Source of the DNA: Amphiscolops sp. MND2022
Lineage: Eukaryota
DNA: 64,000 nucleotides
Assembly (NCBI GenBank): GCA_964187785.1
Contig: OZ076421.1
Span: 26,660,001 to 26,724,000 of the forward strand
Direction: 5' to 3'
The notes under the pieces were generated by a model. The model was not told the DNA's origin. It was given only the letters and a program-made list of their open reading frames with translations, and did no database searches. Position 1 is the stretch's first letter; every line of letters starts with the position of its first letter. A program made the position numbers and the translations under genes. Below, piece after piece: positions 1 through 11,844 of this stretch.

Positions 1-2
1 GA

Positions 3-1891
3 TCTTTTTGGACCGAGAGTTTCTTTCATGAAATCCAGAAGAAATTGAGTTATGACAACGACGTAATGAGTTTATCGGTTATAACAGCTCTGGTTAATCG
101 TAATCACAATCTTGGAAATTCCTTTTCACTTGACGATTGCTATGAAAAATATATTCATTTCATGATAACAGAAAAGTTGAAGAAAGAGCAACCTCGGAAG
201 CAGGCTCCGATTTCGGCTGATGAAATTGCGAAATATTCCGTATCGCTGCAGGAAAGCGCAATTTCAAGATACGCAGAAAGCCGAAGTTATTCCGATAAAG
301 AGCTTCTATCGGAGCTATCATTGACGCTTCGGCTGTTTTTGATAAAACAGCACTTAAAAAGTCTGAAAAGACCGACAGAAAAGAAAAACGTTCTGGAATC
401 TTTAGAACTTTTGTGCCCTCGACTGAGCAGAGATGTCTCAAATATGCTAGAAGAAAAGAAACAAGCTCAATCTAAACTCGTTTTACTGTCTAATAAGCAA
501 TTGAAAGAATTTTTCCAAGCATCTCAAAGCCACAACTCAACAATCAGTCAAATTCTCATTAGTTTGAAGGAAATATTCTTCACCGTGGAAGAAATATCAT
601 CATGGCAGCAAAACGGAAGTAAAGTTGAAAGTTTTCAAATACGGATTGAAAACTTAGCACCCGCTAAACTTACGTCTATTCTTGAAAAATTTGCAGATAT
701 TGCGCAACTTTCACTGTCATTTCGAAATGTTAGCGGTCAATACATCCAAAATACATCAAACTCATCCATTCCAATTGAGTATTTAATTCCAAACTTTCCA
801 TACTTATCTTTGAGACAGTTAACACTCCATGACATTCCTTGCCAGCTAATCCTGGATAACTTCTCCAACATTCTAACCGGAAGTTCATCGAAGTTCAACC
901 TGAACAAAATTGTTTTCAAGCGACTAAACATTGATTTTGGTCACGTTTATCTTCTCAAAGAATTTGAACGAAATTTGGCCGAACTGGCCAAAAAAGTTTC
1001 GAATTTCGCTTTGGAAATTCAGAATTGTACCTTCAATGTAAACGGTATAAATAGAAATATTGGGCTTGTCGTTTTGGGAACCTTCGCATCAGATATTGAA
1101 ACAGACGACTTGATGAGTATTTCGCATGACGAGAAGTATTCATTCTATGCTGCGTTTAAGCATGATAGTTTAGACAATCTTATTTTGGAGTTCAATGATG
1201 GAATGTTGGACGAAATTTCAATCAGTGGCACAATCATTTCGCAATCGTGCTCAGATTCGGCTGAAATATGCAAACATCTGAAATTCAAGCCGTTTTCCAG
1301 CAAACTGGATTGTTCCAATATGAACATAATGTGCAAAAACGCTCGTTGTTTCAACTGCTCGTCTTTGTTACTTTTACAAGGTATTTGTCAAACTGGGGAT
1401 TCTTCGTTGAAAACGCATCACATGACAAGAATTATTGATTTCGGGCCCAAAAACTTCCTCCATGAAAATGTTACTTTCCTGACTGAGAACCTCTCGCCTT
1501 CTCTGTCAAAAACAAATTCAAATCGATTAACTGTCAAATTCGCTGGTCTTACCTTCGGATCCGACGCCACAAAAATCGAAACAAGCTCAGTAGAAACATT
1601 TGGGCTGAAAAATACGAAATCTCCCGACTCTGTTTCAAGTCTGACTAAACTGAAATCACAGAATGTGGTTTTTGAACTGGAGACAATCAAAGAAAGATTG
1701 GCTTCGGTTGAAAGTGACGATGAATCCATGATAGTTTGTCCAGATGAGAGCCACTGTGAGGTTTTGGACATTGAAGTTGACAACACTGGCTGGGGGTTTA
1801 CCAGGTTCAACTTGACCCAAGACCCTATAACTGTTTGCTTCAGCAATGGGGTCACTATCGAATGGCCTCCAAACTCAACGGTCGAATCGAG
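3..1891 (+). CDS. Large exon: putative STAND-NTPase helical/winged-helix region, degenerate LRR-like region, acidic linker and start of ZU5
   Basis: More than 620 stop-free codons. DVMSLSVITAL..LDDCYEKYIHFM resembles post-NACHT helical domains. LRQLTLHDIP, LNKIVFKRLNI and LDNLILEF are LxxLxL-like. GVTIEWPPNS matches the ZU5 N-terminal strand. An alternative phase-2 donor exists at 1967. Confidence 0.6.
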
Positions 1892-4800
1892 GTCAAGATT
1901 GCTCAAATTTCTACGTTTGCTGCAGAGTAAAATTAGGCAATTATGGTTCAATTTTGGTCTCCTTGGGTAAACTTTTGCTAGGACGTAAAGTCTCTAAAAA
2001 TGGACCTTACTTTATGAGCTGCTTTTTGGAGAAAAAACACTAGCCGTTGTGATAGTCAGGCACATTTTACTCGTACTGACGCTCCATTGGACTCATAGAT
2101 TGCTAAGGCTAACTCCAGTTTTAAAACATTATCAAGCCCTTACAAGTCTTTGGCAGAACTTGAGAAAATTAATGAATTTGCTAATTAATCGATACTTTTA
2201 CAAATGTTTATTCATATACAAGTTCAAATTGTGGGGATTTTGTGGAAATTAAAAGTGTAAATCTTTTCAGTTTGAAACGATTTCATCTTGTAATGCTTGA
2301 AGGCAACAGGTAAAACCTCAAACCCCAAATTTACCACGGATGAATCGCAAAAGCAAAACATGAAATCCGAAATAAATAATACTTTTTACAAATAGTTTTC
2401 TAAGCATTTTTCTGCTGTATAAGAATTTTTACAATCATCTCTTAGTTACGAAACGTTCCACCAGTCTTCTTTGAAAAATTTCACTGTCACTGGAGTCAAT
2501 GTTTTTGGGTTTGAAAGGCATTTTTTCTCACTAAAAGTATCAAAAAATCCAAAGCAAAAACCCTTTTGTGAAATGAATAATTTTCCAAAAAAATCGCACA
2601 GTGCCAAGGAACCCAAAGAAAACCCTTTGGTTTTAATTTTTTAAACTAGAGAATTCAAAAATGATTAAAATTAAAACTTTTCGAAAAAAAGTACATTTCC
2701 AAAAAAGACCCTCAGATTTGTTTTTAATCCAAGTGATATTGTCGAAAAATGTTTATAACTGTTACGAATTTTTTTATAGAATTTTGGCATGGTCACTTCA
2801 ATCGTATCGAAAAAAAAAACAACTAAAAGCTACTATAATAGTCGCGTTTCATTTCAGAAAGCGCCAACTAAAAACCAATTTATCTACTTTAATGATGATT
2901 TTATAAATTATTGGCAAAAACTTTCTGGACGTTTTTCAATTGAGCAACATTGACCTAGGCTTGTTTGTGTCGAAGTTCATGTCATGCCACCGGACATCAT
3001 TAAGAGAGTTTGCCAGTCAAAACACGAACCTCTTTGTATGTTGAGCCCTTTTTTATTCATCGATCAAATCGACGACAAACCATTTCTGCAGCCAGTCACA
3101 GTAACAATGCCATACTCGACTTCCAATCACAGCGCAGTCCCGAGCTCGAATCTTCATACTCGTGTCTTTTCATACCGAGATGGCAATGTGAAGCAATGGC
3201 AAACAGTCGTTGACCAATCAAAATACGAGTTGAAGGAGAATGTTTTCAAATACATCTCCAAGACGTTTTCACCCGTCGGGGCCGTTACTGATTCCCAAGG
3301 AAGTTCTTTGAACCCGACTGATTTCTGGGAAGTTTACCTTCCGGAATCGGTTTACGTTATAGTATGCCCATCTCAAAAAGACACGTACATTATTTTTGAT
3401 TGTCGCAAATTTCGAAACGAAGAGGAACACAAGAAACTGAAGACTACGCCAGGTGCAAGGTAAGTGATTATAGAAGGAAAACTTCATCCTGAAATTGAAC
3501 ATTTCTGACGAAATTCTTTCAGAAATTTCATTAATTCGTGATAAGTGGAACTACAGTTATTGGGGAACAGTTGATGTAATTGAGGGGAATTTTATGATTC
3601 GAAGAGCAATTTATTATGCAAATTCAAAAAATTATTAGGTTTTTGCGCTGATGAATGTTATCAGCAAAAGAAAAGGATAACTTTGAGAAAAAATAAGAGT
3701 AGAAAAATTTGCTGTCAAATGATACTGATTAGTTTGGTTAGACGTCAGAATTAAAAATGTTTTCTACTTGAGATCTAACTTTTCAAAAAGACCCTTTCTA
3801 TTCGTTCTTCGTTCTTATTCATTCCAAAAAAAATATGCAGCATAATCGAACTCAAATTCCAAAGAAATGTTTTGTTTTGAATTATAAAAAATTTTGTAGA
3901 AACTGGATGAAAATTATTTTTTCAAAAACCCTCAATTTTAATTGTAAATATCCGAAACAAGTTCCCATTTTGTGTGAAGGGACTGAGTTTTTCTAATCAT
4001 TTTGAAGGTTCCGGAAACTAAACGAAATGAAAGAAGGAGAACTGCTTTACGGGTCAATCGCTGGAAATCTCATCATCGACGAAGCCTGTGGCTATTCTTT
4101 GAGAGAAGACAAGAAACTGGTTTTCTATTACCCCGACCCCGAGCATGAGAGCAACAAACAGGAATACAAAATGAAAATTCTGTCACGAGCACGGGATCCC
4201 GAAGGCACTATCACTTACTACAAGGTAGGGGTTGAAGAAAAACATACAATATTAAACATTGCATTCCTAACATTCCCAAGTTGAACCTAACATTCCGACG
4301 ACGACGTCATTTTGAAATCTCATTTTGATAATTCTGGATTATTTCGATAAACCAAAATTATTGCTGTAATTATTCCATTAACGGCTCATTAAAACAGCGA
4401 CAAAAACTTGCATACCCAAAACTCGAATTTCAATGTTTTTGCAATCAGAGGAATTGGAATTTTTTGAATCAAATTTTAAAAATTACGCTTCCTGTTCTTT
4501 CGTACATAAAAGTGAAGTTTCTGAATCCGTCGACATTAATTACCCAATGAAGGCATTTAATTCATTTGGTTCAAACCCTGAACACATAGACATATTATTA
4601 GTGTATTCAATCCTCGTTTAAGGTACAATCGGTGGAGACTTCAAATTTTCACAAACTGTTCCATTTGAAACTGGAATTACAATTTACGCCCGTGAATTTT
4701 GAAAGACCCGGATACAAACGAAAAAATTCATCAGCAAGCCAATCTTCACCCAAAAAGATGGCTACTCAGTACAGCGGAAGTAACTTGGTTCTCACTTTCG

Positions 4801-6193
4801 ACGTCTTGAAGGAAGTCATCACAGTTTGTGGGAAGAAATGGCCTGAATTGTTGGAAAAGTTGAATATGGGCCGAGACAGAGTTGCGGAAATTATTGATCA
4901 TCATATTCAAGACGTGTTTCTGACTCTGAAAGGTAGACTAAGGATAAAGATGATGGAAACCATAGAAAAAAAAAACAAAATTAGATCTGATTCGGTTTCG
5001 TTAGGGTTAGAAAACCAAAGCGAATAGAACAGTATGTTCATCCGGATCCGAAATTATGTAACCTCGATTTGATTCCAAAGAACTCGTCGCAAGTACATAA
5101 AACCACCTCATCAAAAACCAAAATATAATGCTAATTTGGGGATCCTGTTGCATTAAGAACAAGATTATTGAACAAGATTATTAAGAACACTGTAAACTAT
5201 AAAAGTAAGACATTTCAAGCAATTATACAACTGAAAACTATATTATGCGTAAAATTTCATGCATCAATCAGGGAAAATTAATCCATAGCTAGCACTTTGC
5301 AATAACATTTATAAGCATTTTTCTTGTGCATTACTTACAGGCAATTAATAATGTAATGTTTTTGACAAGTTTTTATATCAGTTTTCTGCCCTTTAACTCG
5401 GACGAGTTGCATTCAGCGAGTTGTTTTCGACGAGTACGAGTTTTCCGCATACCAATTGCAGATAGAACCAATTGATCAACGTAAATATCAACATACGATA
5501 CCATGCATAGAAACTGTGTGAAACAATCATACGGAATCGTTTGGTTCCAAACTAAGAGTTGCATGAGATTTGATGATGTTTGGAACTGGAATCCATATTG
5601 TTATGTTTGGAAGCTAAAGAAACAAACTTTTATAAGATTCCCCAAGTATTACCTCGAGAAGGCTTACCCATTATCGTAAAAAAAATTAAAAAATTAAAAA
5701 CTCTCGATGAATTTGAGAAATTTTTTGACGGAGATGATTTAAAATGCTCCAAAAACTAAACCTATCATCTTTGCGATCTACAGACGAAATGGACCTCACA
5801 AAGAGCAAAGACTTCCTGAGAAAACTGTTTCTATTGTCCGAATTCTCTCCTCTTCAATTTGAGACAACTTTCAACAACTTCCAGAGGGACTACAAAGAAC
5901 AAGGCTTGGAGGCTTTTTATCAAATTTGTGTGAAATGGGTGGAAACTGCACCCGAACACTGCCGGACAATCGATACAATTGCAAAAAGTCTGGAAAGTTC
6001 TGGGTTACAATCCAAGGTCAAACATTTGGAGGTGATATCACCGGGCGCCAAATCCAGTGCATGTAAAGAAATGATTCGTATCATTGATAAAGAGGGAGAA
6101 AAAGAGTCAATAAAGGTCGTCGCAACTTTCTTGAATTCCCAAGACAGCGAGGCATGCAAAAAAATGGCGTTCACACTTCTTATGAAAATGTGA
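3..6193 (+). CDS. Multi-exon NLR-like/death-fold gene (helical + LRR-like region, ZU5-UPA, death domain(s)); 5' end lies outside the window. Proposed exons 3-1891, 2959-3459, 4008-4224, 4623-4932, 5784-6193
   Basis: The frame is open from base 3. Four GT-AG introns have matching phases: AG|gtcaag 1892 to cctag|G 2959 (phase 2), AG|gtaagt 3460 to ttgaag|G 4008 (phase 2), AAG|gtaggg 4225 to tttaag|GTA 4623 (phase 0), G|gtagac 4933 to ctacag|AC 5784 (phase 1). The joined protein gives contiguous ZU5, UPA and death-domain-like motifs. Confidence 0.8.
2560..2875 (+). repeat. Partial copy of HINE/DINE-1-like non-autonomous repeat in intron 1
   Basis: Contains the family body motif TCGCACAGTGCC and the terminal motif ATAGTCGCGTTTCA..AGCGCCAACTAA, whose reverse complement recurs near 48075 and 49505. 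Confidence 0.5.
2959..3459 (+). CDS. Exon encoding the ZU5 core and start of UPA
   Basis: LSPFLFI..PFLQPVTVTMPYS..W..KTFSPVG is a ZU5-type pattern. The donor at 3460 is a perfect GTAAGT. Confidence 0.85.
4008..4224 (+). CDS. Exon encoding UPA-like domain
   Basis: EMKEGELLYGSIAGNL resembles the ankyrin UPA segment EVLEGKPIYVDCYGNL. Both splice sites are frame-consistent. Confidence 0.75.
4623..4932 (+). CDS. Exon encoding end of UPA, linker and first death-fold-like helices
   Basis: VLKEVITVCGKKWPELLEKLNM..RVAEII matches the death-domain N-terminal pattern (L..V...G..W..L...L). The donor at 4933 is less certain. Confidence 0.65.
5784..6193 (+). CDS. Last exon: death domain and C-terminal tail
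   Basis: KEQGLEAFYQICVKW...RTIDTIAKSLESSGL matches the death-domain C-terminal pattern EQ.Y.ML..W....T...L..AL...G. Stop TGA at 6191-6193. Confidence 0.75.
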
Positions 6194-6689
6194 TGTTGAA
6201 AATTCGATGGAAAAATGTTCTGATATGCTGCCATATTCGAATCGAACATCGATGATAATTCTATGATTCTATGCATGAATACGAATATGATTTTTGCAAT
6301 TCAATATCATCTTGAAAGACGGAGTTTTTTCAACCATCACAGCTGAAACTATTGCGGCAAATCAGGATTGAGCAAAAAATGATTGACCGCAAATTCAAAC
6401 AGTTACTACTTTATATCTTGTGAACCAATTACAATCCCATAACGAATAATTGATGCTTAAAGTCCTCGAAATTTTCCAACCGAAGCATCGAACAGGGCTC
6501 AATAAAGATGATGTTAGATCAAGTGAGCCTAAACTAGTTTTCTAACTGGTGACCCTGACAAAAAACTGTTGACCCTCACATCGTCTTGCAGCTGTAGTTT
6601 CAAAGTGGTTTGATCAAGATCACAAAGGTCCGAATGATTGATCACCATTGCTTTTTGCTTTTCACCGCCAAATGCATTATTTTGTCATT

Positions 6690-6808
6690 GGCCAAACCAC
6701 CAAACTAGGGATGAAGGACTTGCTTAAGGCCCAACAACGGGGAGTTGAGAGAGATGCGAACCTGATACCGCCCCAGTACAAATCGAATGCTCTAACCACT
6801 ACACCACG
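6690..6808 (-). mobile_element. tRNA-derived SINE head with CORE-like segment
   Basis: The minus strand reads TCGTGGTGTAGTGGTTAGAGC (A box) and GGTTCGCATCT (B box), then GCCTTAAGCAAGTCCTTCATCCC, similar to the CORE/MIR motif CCTTGGGCAAGTCACTTAACC. There is no intact cloverleaf. Confidence 0.55.
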
Positions 6809-7049
6809 ATGAAAAGGACATGGTAACAATCATGGATCCCGTACATATTCGTACCAGAACCAAATTCTTTGAAATTCCTTCCACTGTTGGTCGATTCTAA
6901 TAGAAAGATCAGGTAAAATTTTCCTTCGTCACAGAATTTCGTTTCTCATCGCAGTTGCGCAACTTGTAACTCGAGAGCAGCCCAAGTGGGCGGGAAAAAC
7001 GTCTGGTGAGAAACGCCTAAAAGTCTTCTGGGATCCGAGAATAACATTA

Positions 7050-7130
7050 AACAAGACGGGAACGTCTGAAGTCGGCGCTATAGTCAAGGCTCGAAACGCT
7101 TTCGAAATATGCTCAGAACGTTATGAAAAA
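7050..7130 (+). repeat. 5' end of HINE/DINE-1-like repeat
   Basis: AACAAGACGGGAACGTCTGAAGTCGGCGCTATAG is nearly identical to the start of the 9931 copy. Confidence 0.55.
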
Positions 7131-9930
7131 CTCACAAAAAGTTCCGAAAAACCGAAAAGGTGACTTTCGTGCTCAGAAAATGCTTCAGAAGTTTGGATAT
7201 AGCGTGCTAAAACCTCCGCTTCCGCTTTGGTGGGCGGGGCATTTTCACCTCGTTTGTATTCGGCCGGCGATCCGCCTCAAGCTTGTGGTATGTGGCAGAA
7301 GTTGCAAAATAAACCTAAAATTTTATCTAACTGTTAGAAGTTGCTCATTTTTTGCATGTGGCTTCAGAATCCGAATACAAGAAGAACACGTTTTTCCCGT
7401 TACAGATTTGTTGTTGACTTTTGGGCAAAAAACCGGTTATGACGTCGAAAATCAACCGAAAATATCCGAAGTGTCGCCATAACTTCTTCCAGGGCGTCCT
7501 AGCGATTTTAGTTGCTCTTACGTTGCGTTGCAGCATGTGAAAATACATCTGCTGAAAAATTTTCGTTGCAATCAGATCACCCCCTCCGAGATAGAGAGGT
7601 ACCCCCTCCAATTTAAGCGCTCCCCAATTTGGCAATATACCAATTTTGAACAAGAAGCAGTGGATTTAGCGAAGCCGCATCCTGCTAAAGTTTTGTTGGC
7701 CGTATTTTTGTTGATTTAATGACATGTCTTGTTTTTACCTATGGGACCGGAAATGGCCTTTTATGTGTTTTTCGAAAACAATTTTTCAGCAATAAGGAGT
7801 TATTTTCAGCAATAAGTTGTTTTAAGGACACCTAGCGTGTCAAAGTTGAAATATCACCTAATCACAACCTGATGACAACATTTTGGTCAGTCTTGGGTAC
7901 AGGTAAGACCGGAAATGTGGTCAAATCCCTGTTATTTGAAGTTTTTTAACTGTGCTTCGTATTTCGATCACACTTTGGTCTCGTCAGCCTCTTGAACCAT
8001 TGTGACGTTTCAATGTTGAGCAACTAAAAATTTGTTAACTACGCTCATATCTACCCGAAAATTACCCCCTTCACCGGAAGTTGTCACTATTAGGATAGGA
8101 AATAGTCCAATAAGGGAACAAAATTGGTTTTTCTGTTGCTTTCTGTAAACTTCGTTATGTTTGTTTGAAATGAAAAAGATTCTTGTTGAAGATTAAGGTT
8201 GCCTCACTGCTTTACGGAGAAAGGATCACCTTTATCACCCCCTATAGCCTTTCAAGTTGACCCTGGGTTTTGCATGTTTTTGACCAATCGATATTTCATT
8301 TAGCCCTCATTAGACATCATGAATGACACTGTCGCATATAATGCGACCAGTGATGCATGAAAGAAGGAACATAGTAAACATATGTAAACATAGTTTTTTA
8401 ATGTATGGGGCGCCCAATAGTATCAATAGGACGGAGAAGCAAAACAGAAAAGGCCATTGTTGGGTTTTGGTAGTTTGGATCCTTCGTTAATGCGTTTTTG
8501 CAGTTTTTACTGTACTTCAGAAAATTGATTCTAGCCCGGCCAACCACTATTGTTACAAGTTACAGAATTAAAATTTCTCTGTCTGCAAGATTCACCAGCC
8601 GAAGTCATGAATAATTCCAAAGTTTGTTGTTTGAGCTGAATTTGCTACAAAAAGCGGTAACTATATACCGCAAGTTGTAATGGTTCAGTGTTGTCAAATT
8701 TAACAATTATATAAGTTAACCCTTATTTTTTGTTGCAAATTTTCTCAAAGATTTGGATTTTTAGTTGAATGTATTTAATTGAGCTACATTTGTTTTCATT
8801 CGACTTTCAGCTGCGACGTGTTTTGTTCATGTTATCTGACATCTACTCCTTTTCCGTTATAATCGACAAGAAGTTCAATTTTGTACGAGTGTTTTCCAAT
8901 CAATTTTGTGCGGGAGAGCTTGTTAGAATAATTCAAATTCCAAAGTTGTTTCGGCGTTTTTGAAATGTTTGAAAAATTTCTTCTGCTCTTACTATACCTG
9001 TTGAAAAACTGGTTTCTAATTGTTTTACGGAAATTTACATGTATGTTATCTAAATGGAGAAAACGAAAGTTTTGCTGCAACCTCACAAGTCTTCCGGTTA
9101 TCAAAATTCTTTTGGGAAAAGTGAGATTTTGAGAAATATGGCAAATGTGATTTGTTTTTCGTTTCTGTATTTTGAGCGTTGAGTTCCTTCATTGAGTTGA
9201 AGTGAAACGTTTCTTTTTTCACACTCTAGTTTTCACGCTTCCGGTTTTGAGCAGGTCATTTTTTGTGAACATATTCTCTTTCATGCATTGTTCAGGTGGT
9301 TTGAGAAAATTACGAATGCCTGAGAAGTTTATTCGCGGGAAATTGAAGCCACTAACATCGCATCGCCAGCGAAGTTCATAATAAAGGTAACACTTTCTTA
9401 TCATTTTCCCATGCAATTTTGACTGAATTTTAATAATTGAATAACTATATCGAATTCTTTGTTTCAACGGATAGTAATTTGGCTCCCAAAACTTTTGTTC
9501 GCACTACGTCATTCAAAGAATTAAAGCTGCGTGAAGAATTCTCAAATTGTGAAACAACAACTTCTTGTAACAAAGTCGCTCATTTAAAACCTTTTTCCCT
9601 AAAAACCTAATTTATCACGTTGTTTTTCAAACGCATGTGAAAAACCGTAACTGAATTACAATCCAGGTTGCGGATGTTGGTGTTGAAGTGTAGTAATCGT
9701 CTCGCTGAAATTTGCTCTAAATTGTTTCGGATGCAAAAAGGTTACGTAATTAGACTTTTCGATGTAATTTTGGTCTAATTCAATTTGTAAGCATTTGTGG
9801 AATCTTTTTCCACTTCAATTAGAACCACAAATTTGATGGCGAAGGGTAGTGTATGTATAATTGAAGCGTGGTTCTTTTAATATGTTCACTTTGAGCGGTT
9901 TTCACAGTTGAATAGGAGATAGTAATGATT

Positions 9931-10478
9931 AACAAGACGAGAACGTCTAAAGTCGGCGCTATATCTAAGGCTCAAAAAGCGCAAAACATTTTTAAAAAAC
10001 TTGAAGATTTCGGGAATTTTTTTCTTTCGCAAAATATCGCACAAAGCCGAAAAATTTAGAAGGGGGACCCTTTGGTATTTATTAACATACAATCAGTTGC
10101 AAAATATCAAAAAACTGGAAGGGGGACCCTTTAGGTACATTTAAAATTTTCGAAAAAAAGTCGCACAGTGCCGAAAAAAATCCAACAGGGGGACCCTTTA
10201 GGCACGTCCGGTTTTGTAGGTTGCCTTGAAAAAGTAAAAAGGGGGACCCTTTACACTCAACCCGTTTTGTGGGCTACGTTTAAAAAGTGAAAAACCAAAG
10301 GGGGCTCTATAGAGACAAAAATTTTCGAAAAAAGTTGCACATTGCCAAAAAAAATCGAAAATGGGACCCTTTAGTCCCGTCCGATTTTGCAGGTAACGCT
10401 TCGAGTCTGTCCTAAAACAAAATAAACGAGTGACTGTAATAGTCGGACTCTTTAATTAATAAAAGCGCCGACTAAAGA
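9931..10478 (+). mobile_element. Complete non-autonomous HINE/DINE-1-like (Helentron-associated) element
   Basis: Starts AACAAG. Subterminal inverted repeat AGTCGGCGCT (9951-9960) pairs with AGCGCCGACT (10464-10473). Internal dispersed motifs GGGGGACCCTTT and CACAGTGCCGAAAA. The superfamily assignment is by resemblance only. Confidence 0.55.
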
Positions 10479-10539
10479 GACACTAATTGCCTCATTTACT
10501 GTAGACTGTGGATCCACTCTGTTGTTTAGAGCCTTTAAC

Positions 10540-10966
10540 GGGAGCGGTGCACTAAGCCGACGGTTCACTAAGCGGACGGTTCACTAAGCGGACGGTTCAC
10601 TAGGCCGACGGTTCACTAAGCCGGCCAAGTTTAAAAAACTTTTTTCTTTGGAGAGGTTAGCATATCTGTTGTATGGCTCGGTTGCTTCGCTCCCTTCGCC
10701 AAGTAGCAACATTGACGCATGGCCATAAGGCACGTCGCTCCGCTTCGTTTCTGTCCTGCATTTAGGGCACTAGAGGTATGTGACCATAGCTGACTACGTT
10801 ATCGTAATGTTCGATTGTCGCTATTTTGGTTACATGTACTATTATGTATTTGTCCAATCAAATTTGAGAATGAATATAATCGCGCGTTCAGAATGAAATT
10901 ATTCACGCGCTGAGAATGAATTTTTTTGGTCGGCTTAGTGAACTGTCTGCATAGTGAGCCGCTCCC
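10540..10966. mobile_element. MITE with TIRs GGGAGCGG and 16-bp subterminal tandem repeats (GCCGACGGTTCACTAA)
   Basis: Begins GGGAGCGG and ends CCGCTCCC. About five 16-bp repeats lie at 10555-10625, with a partial inverted copy at the right end. The body is the reverse complement of 42060-42438. No TSD is visible. Confidence 0.7.
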
Positions 10967-11300
10967 TCTGGATATTCCGAACAAGGCTATTGTAAAACAA
11001 TGGAATTTGCACTCGCAGCAACGTTCAATCTTTTGTTATCTTCAGGAAGTCTCCGACTTTCAAAAACCGTTTTTGTCCAGGAGTAGTAACTGATAGGTTG
11101 ATTTCCTGCCTAGTACCTGAACAAAATCATTTTTTGAAAAATTTTCACTGATTTTCATCTAAAGTCATTTATTACTCAAGATGTCAAATACTGTATCTAT
11201 GAAGCAAGTCACCTTTAAATACTTAAACTTAACTTTCATTCGGTACTAGATGGGTTCGAGCATAAATAAATCGACGTAAGAAAGGTAAGTCAAGAATGGA

Positions 11301-11480
11301 TGTTGTACCTTAAGAGTATGAAAATTTAGCATCGTAACAAGACTGTATTTTATCTCTGATCAATCTGTACTGAATAAGAATAGTAGCGTAGTATAGTAAA
11401 ATGTTAACAGGTACTTGGGACTAATTATATAAACAGGATAGAGTCTCATAGTAGTTTGTCCTCTAAATTCCTATTCTTCA
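11301..11480 (-). repeat. Gypsy 3' LTR
   Basis: TGTTGTACC...TTCTTCA aligns with 17390-17581 (about 85% by eye). The polypurine tract AGAGAGGGGAA (minus strand, 11481-11491) abuts it. Confidence 0.9.
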
Positions 11481-11844
11481 TTCCCCTCTCTATGATTGGG
11501 AAAGAATTAGCCAATGAGGGAGTATTGTTTTCTTTGGAGGCGGTAGGCCGGCCCAAGCATTGTATTGCCGCGATGTTCCGTTCTGCATCAATAGTTCAGG
11601 TCCGGTCGTGGTAATGTTTTTCCGGACAGGCGTGTTCAATGGTCGTGTTTAGCTGATATCAGGTGTTGTTTCCCGGTTGTTTAGTCTTTTGACTGTATTA
11701 CCTGTAATCAGAGGATACTGGGTTATTAAGTCTAACGATTGAATTTGTTTTTATCGAACGTTTCGATCTAAGTAGGTTATGTTCTTTTGTTTCTTGTTCT
11801 AATTCAGTGCTTGAGCTAAGATTGCTTAGTAGTTCGAGTTCAGA

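Noticed and set aside
45-1970. Stand-alone 641-aa protein starting at TTG 45 and ending at TAA 1970
   Set aside because: The frame is open from base 3, the ZU5 motif is cut mid-domain, and a phase-matched GT-AG splice continues it into 2959-3459.
7123-9467. Short ORFs in 7-9.5 kb and in the HINE-like copies as genes
   Set aside because: They lie in AT-rich repeat-derived sequence with no domain motifs or supporting splice structure.
10555-10625. 16-bp repeats as a CRISPR array
   Set aside because: The repeats are directly adjacent with no unique spacers, there are no cas genes, and the context is eukaryotic. The 27-bp, 29-bp and 1.44-kb repeats fail for the same reasons.
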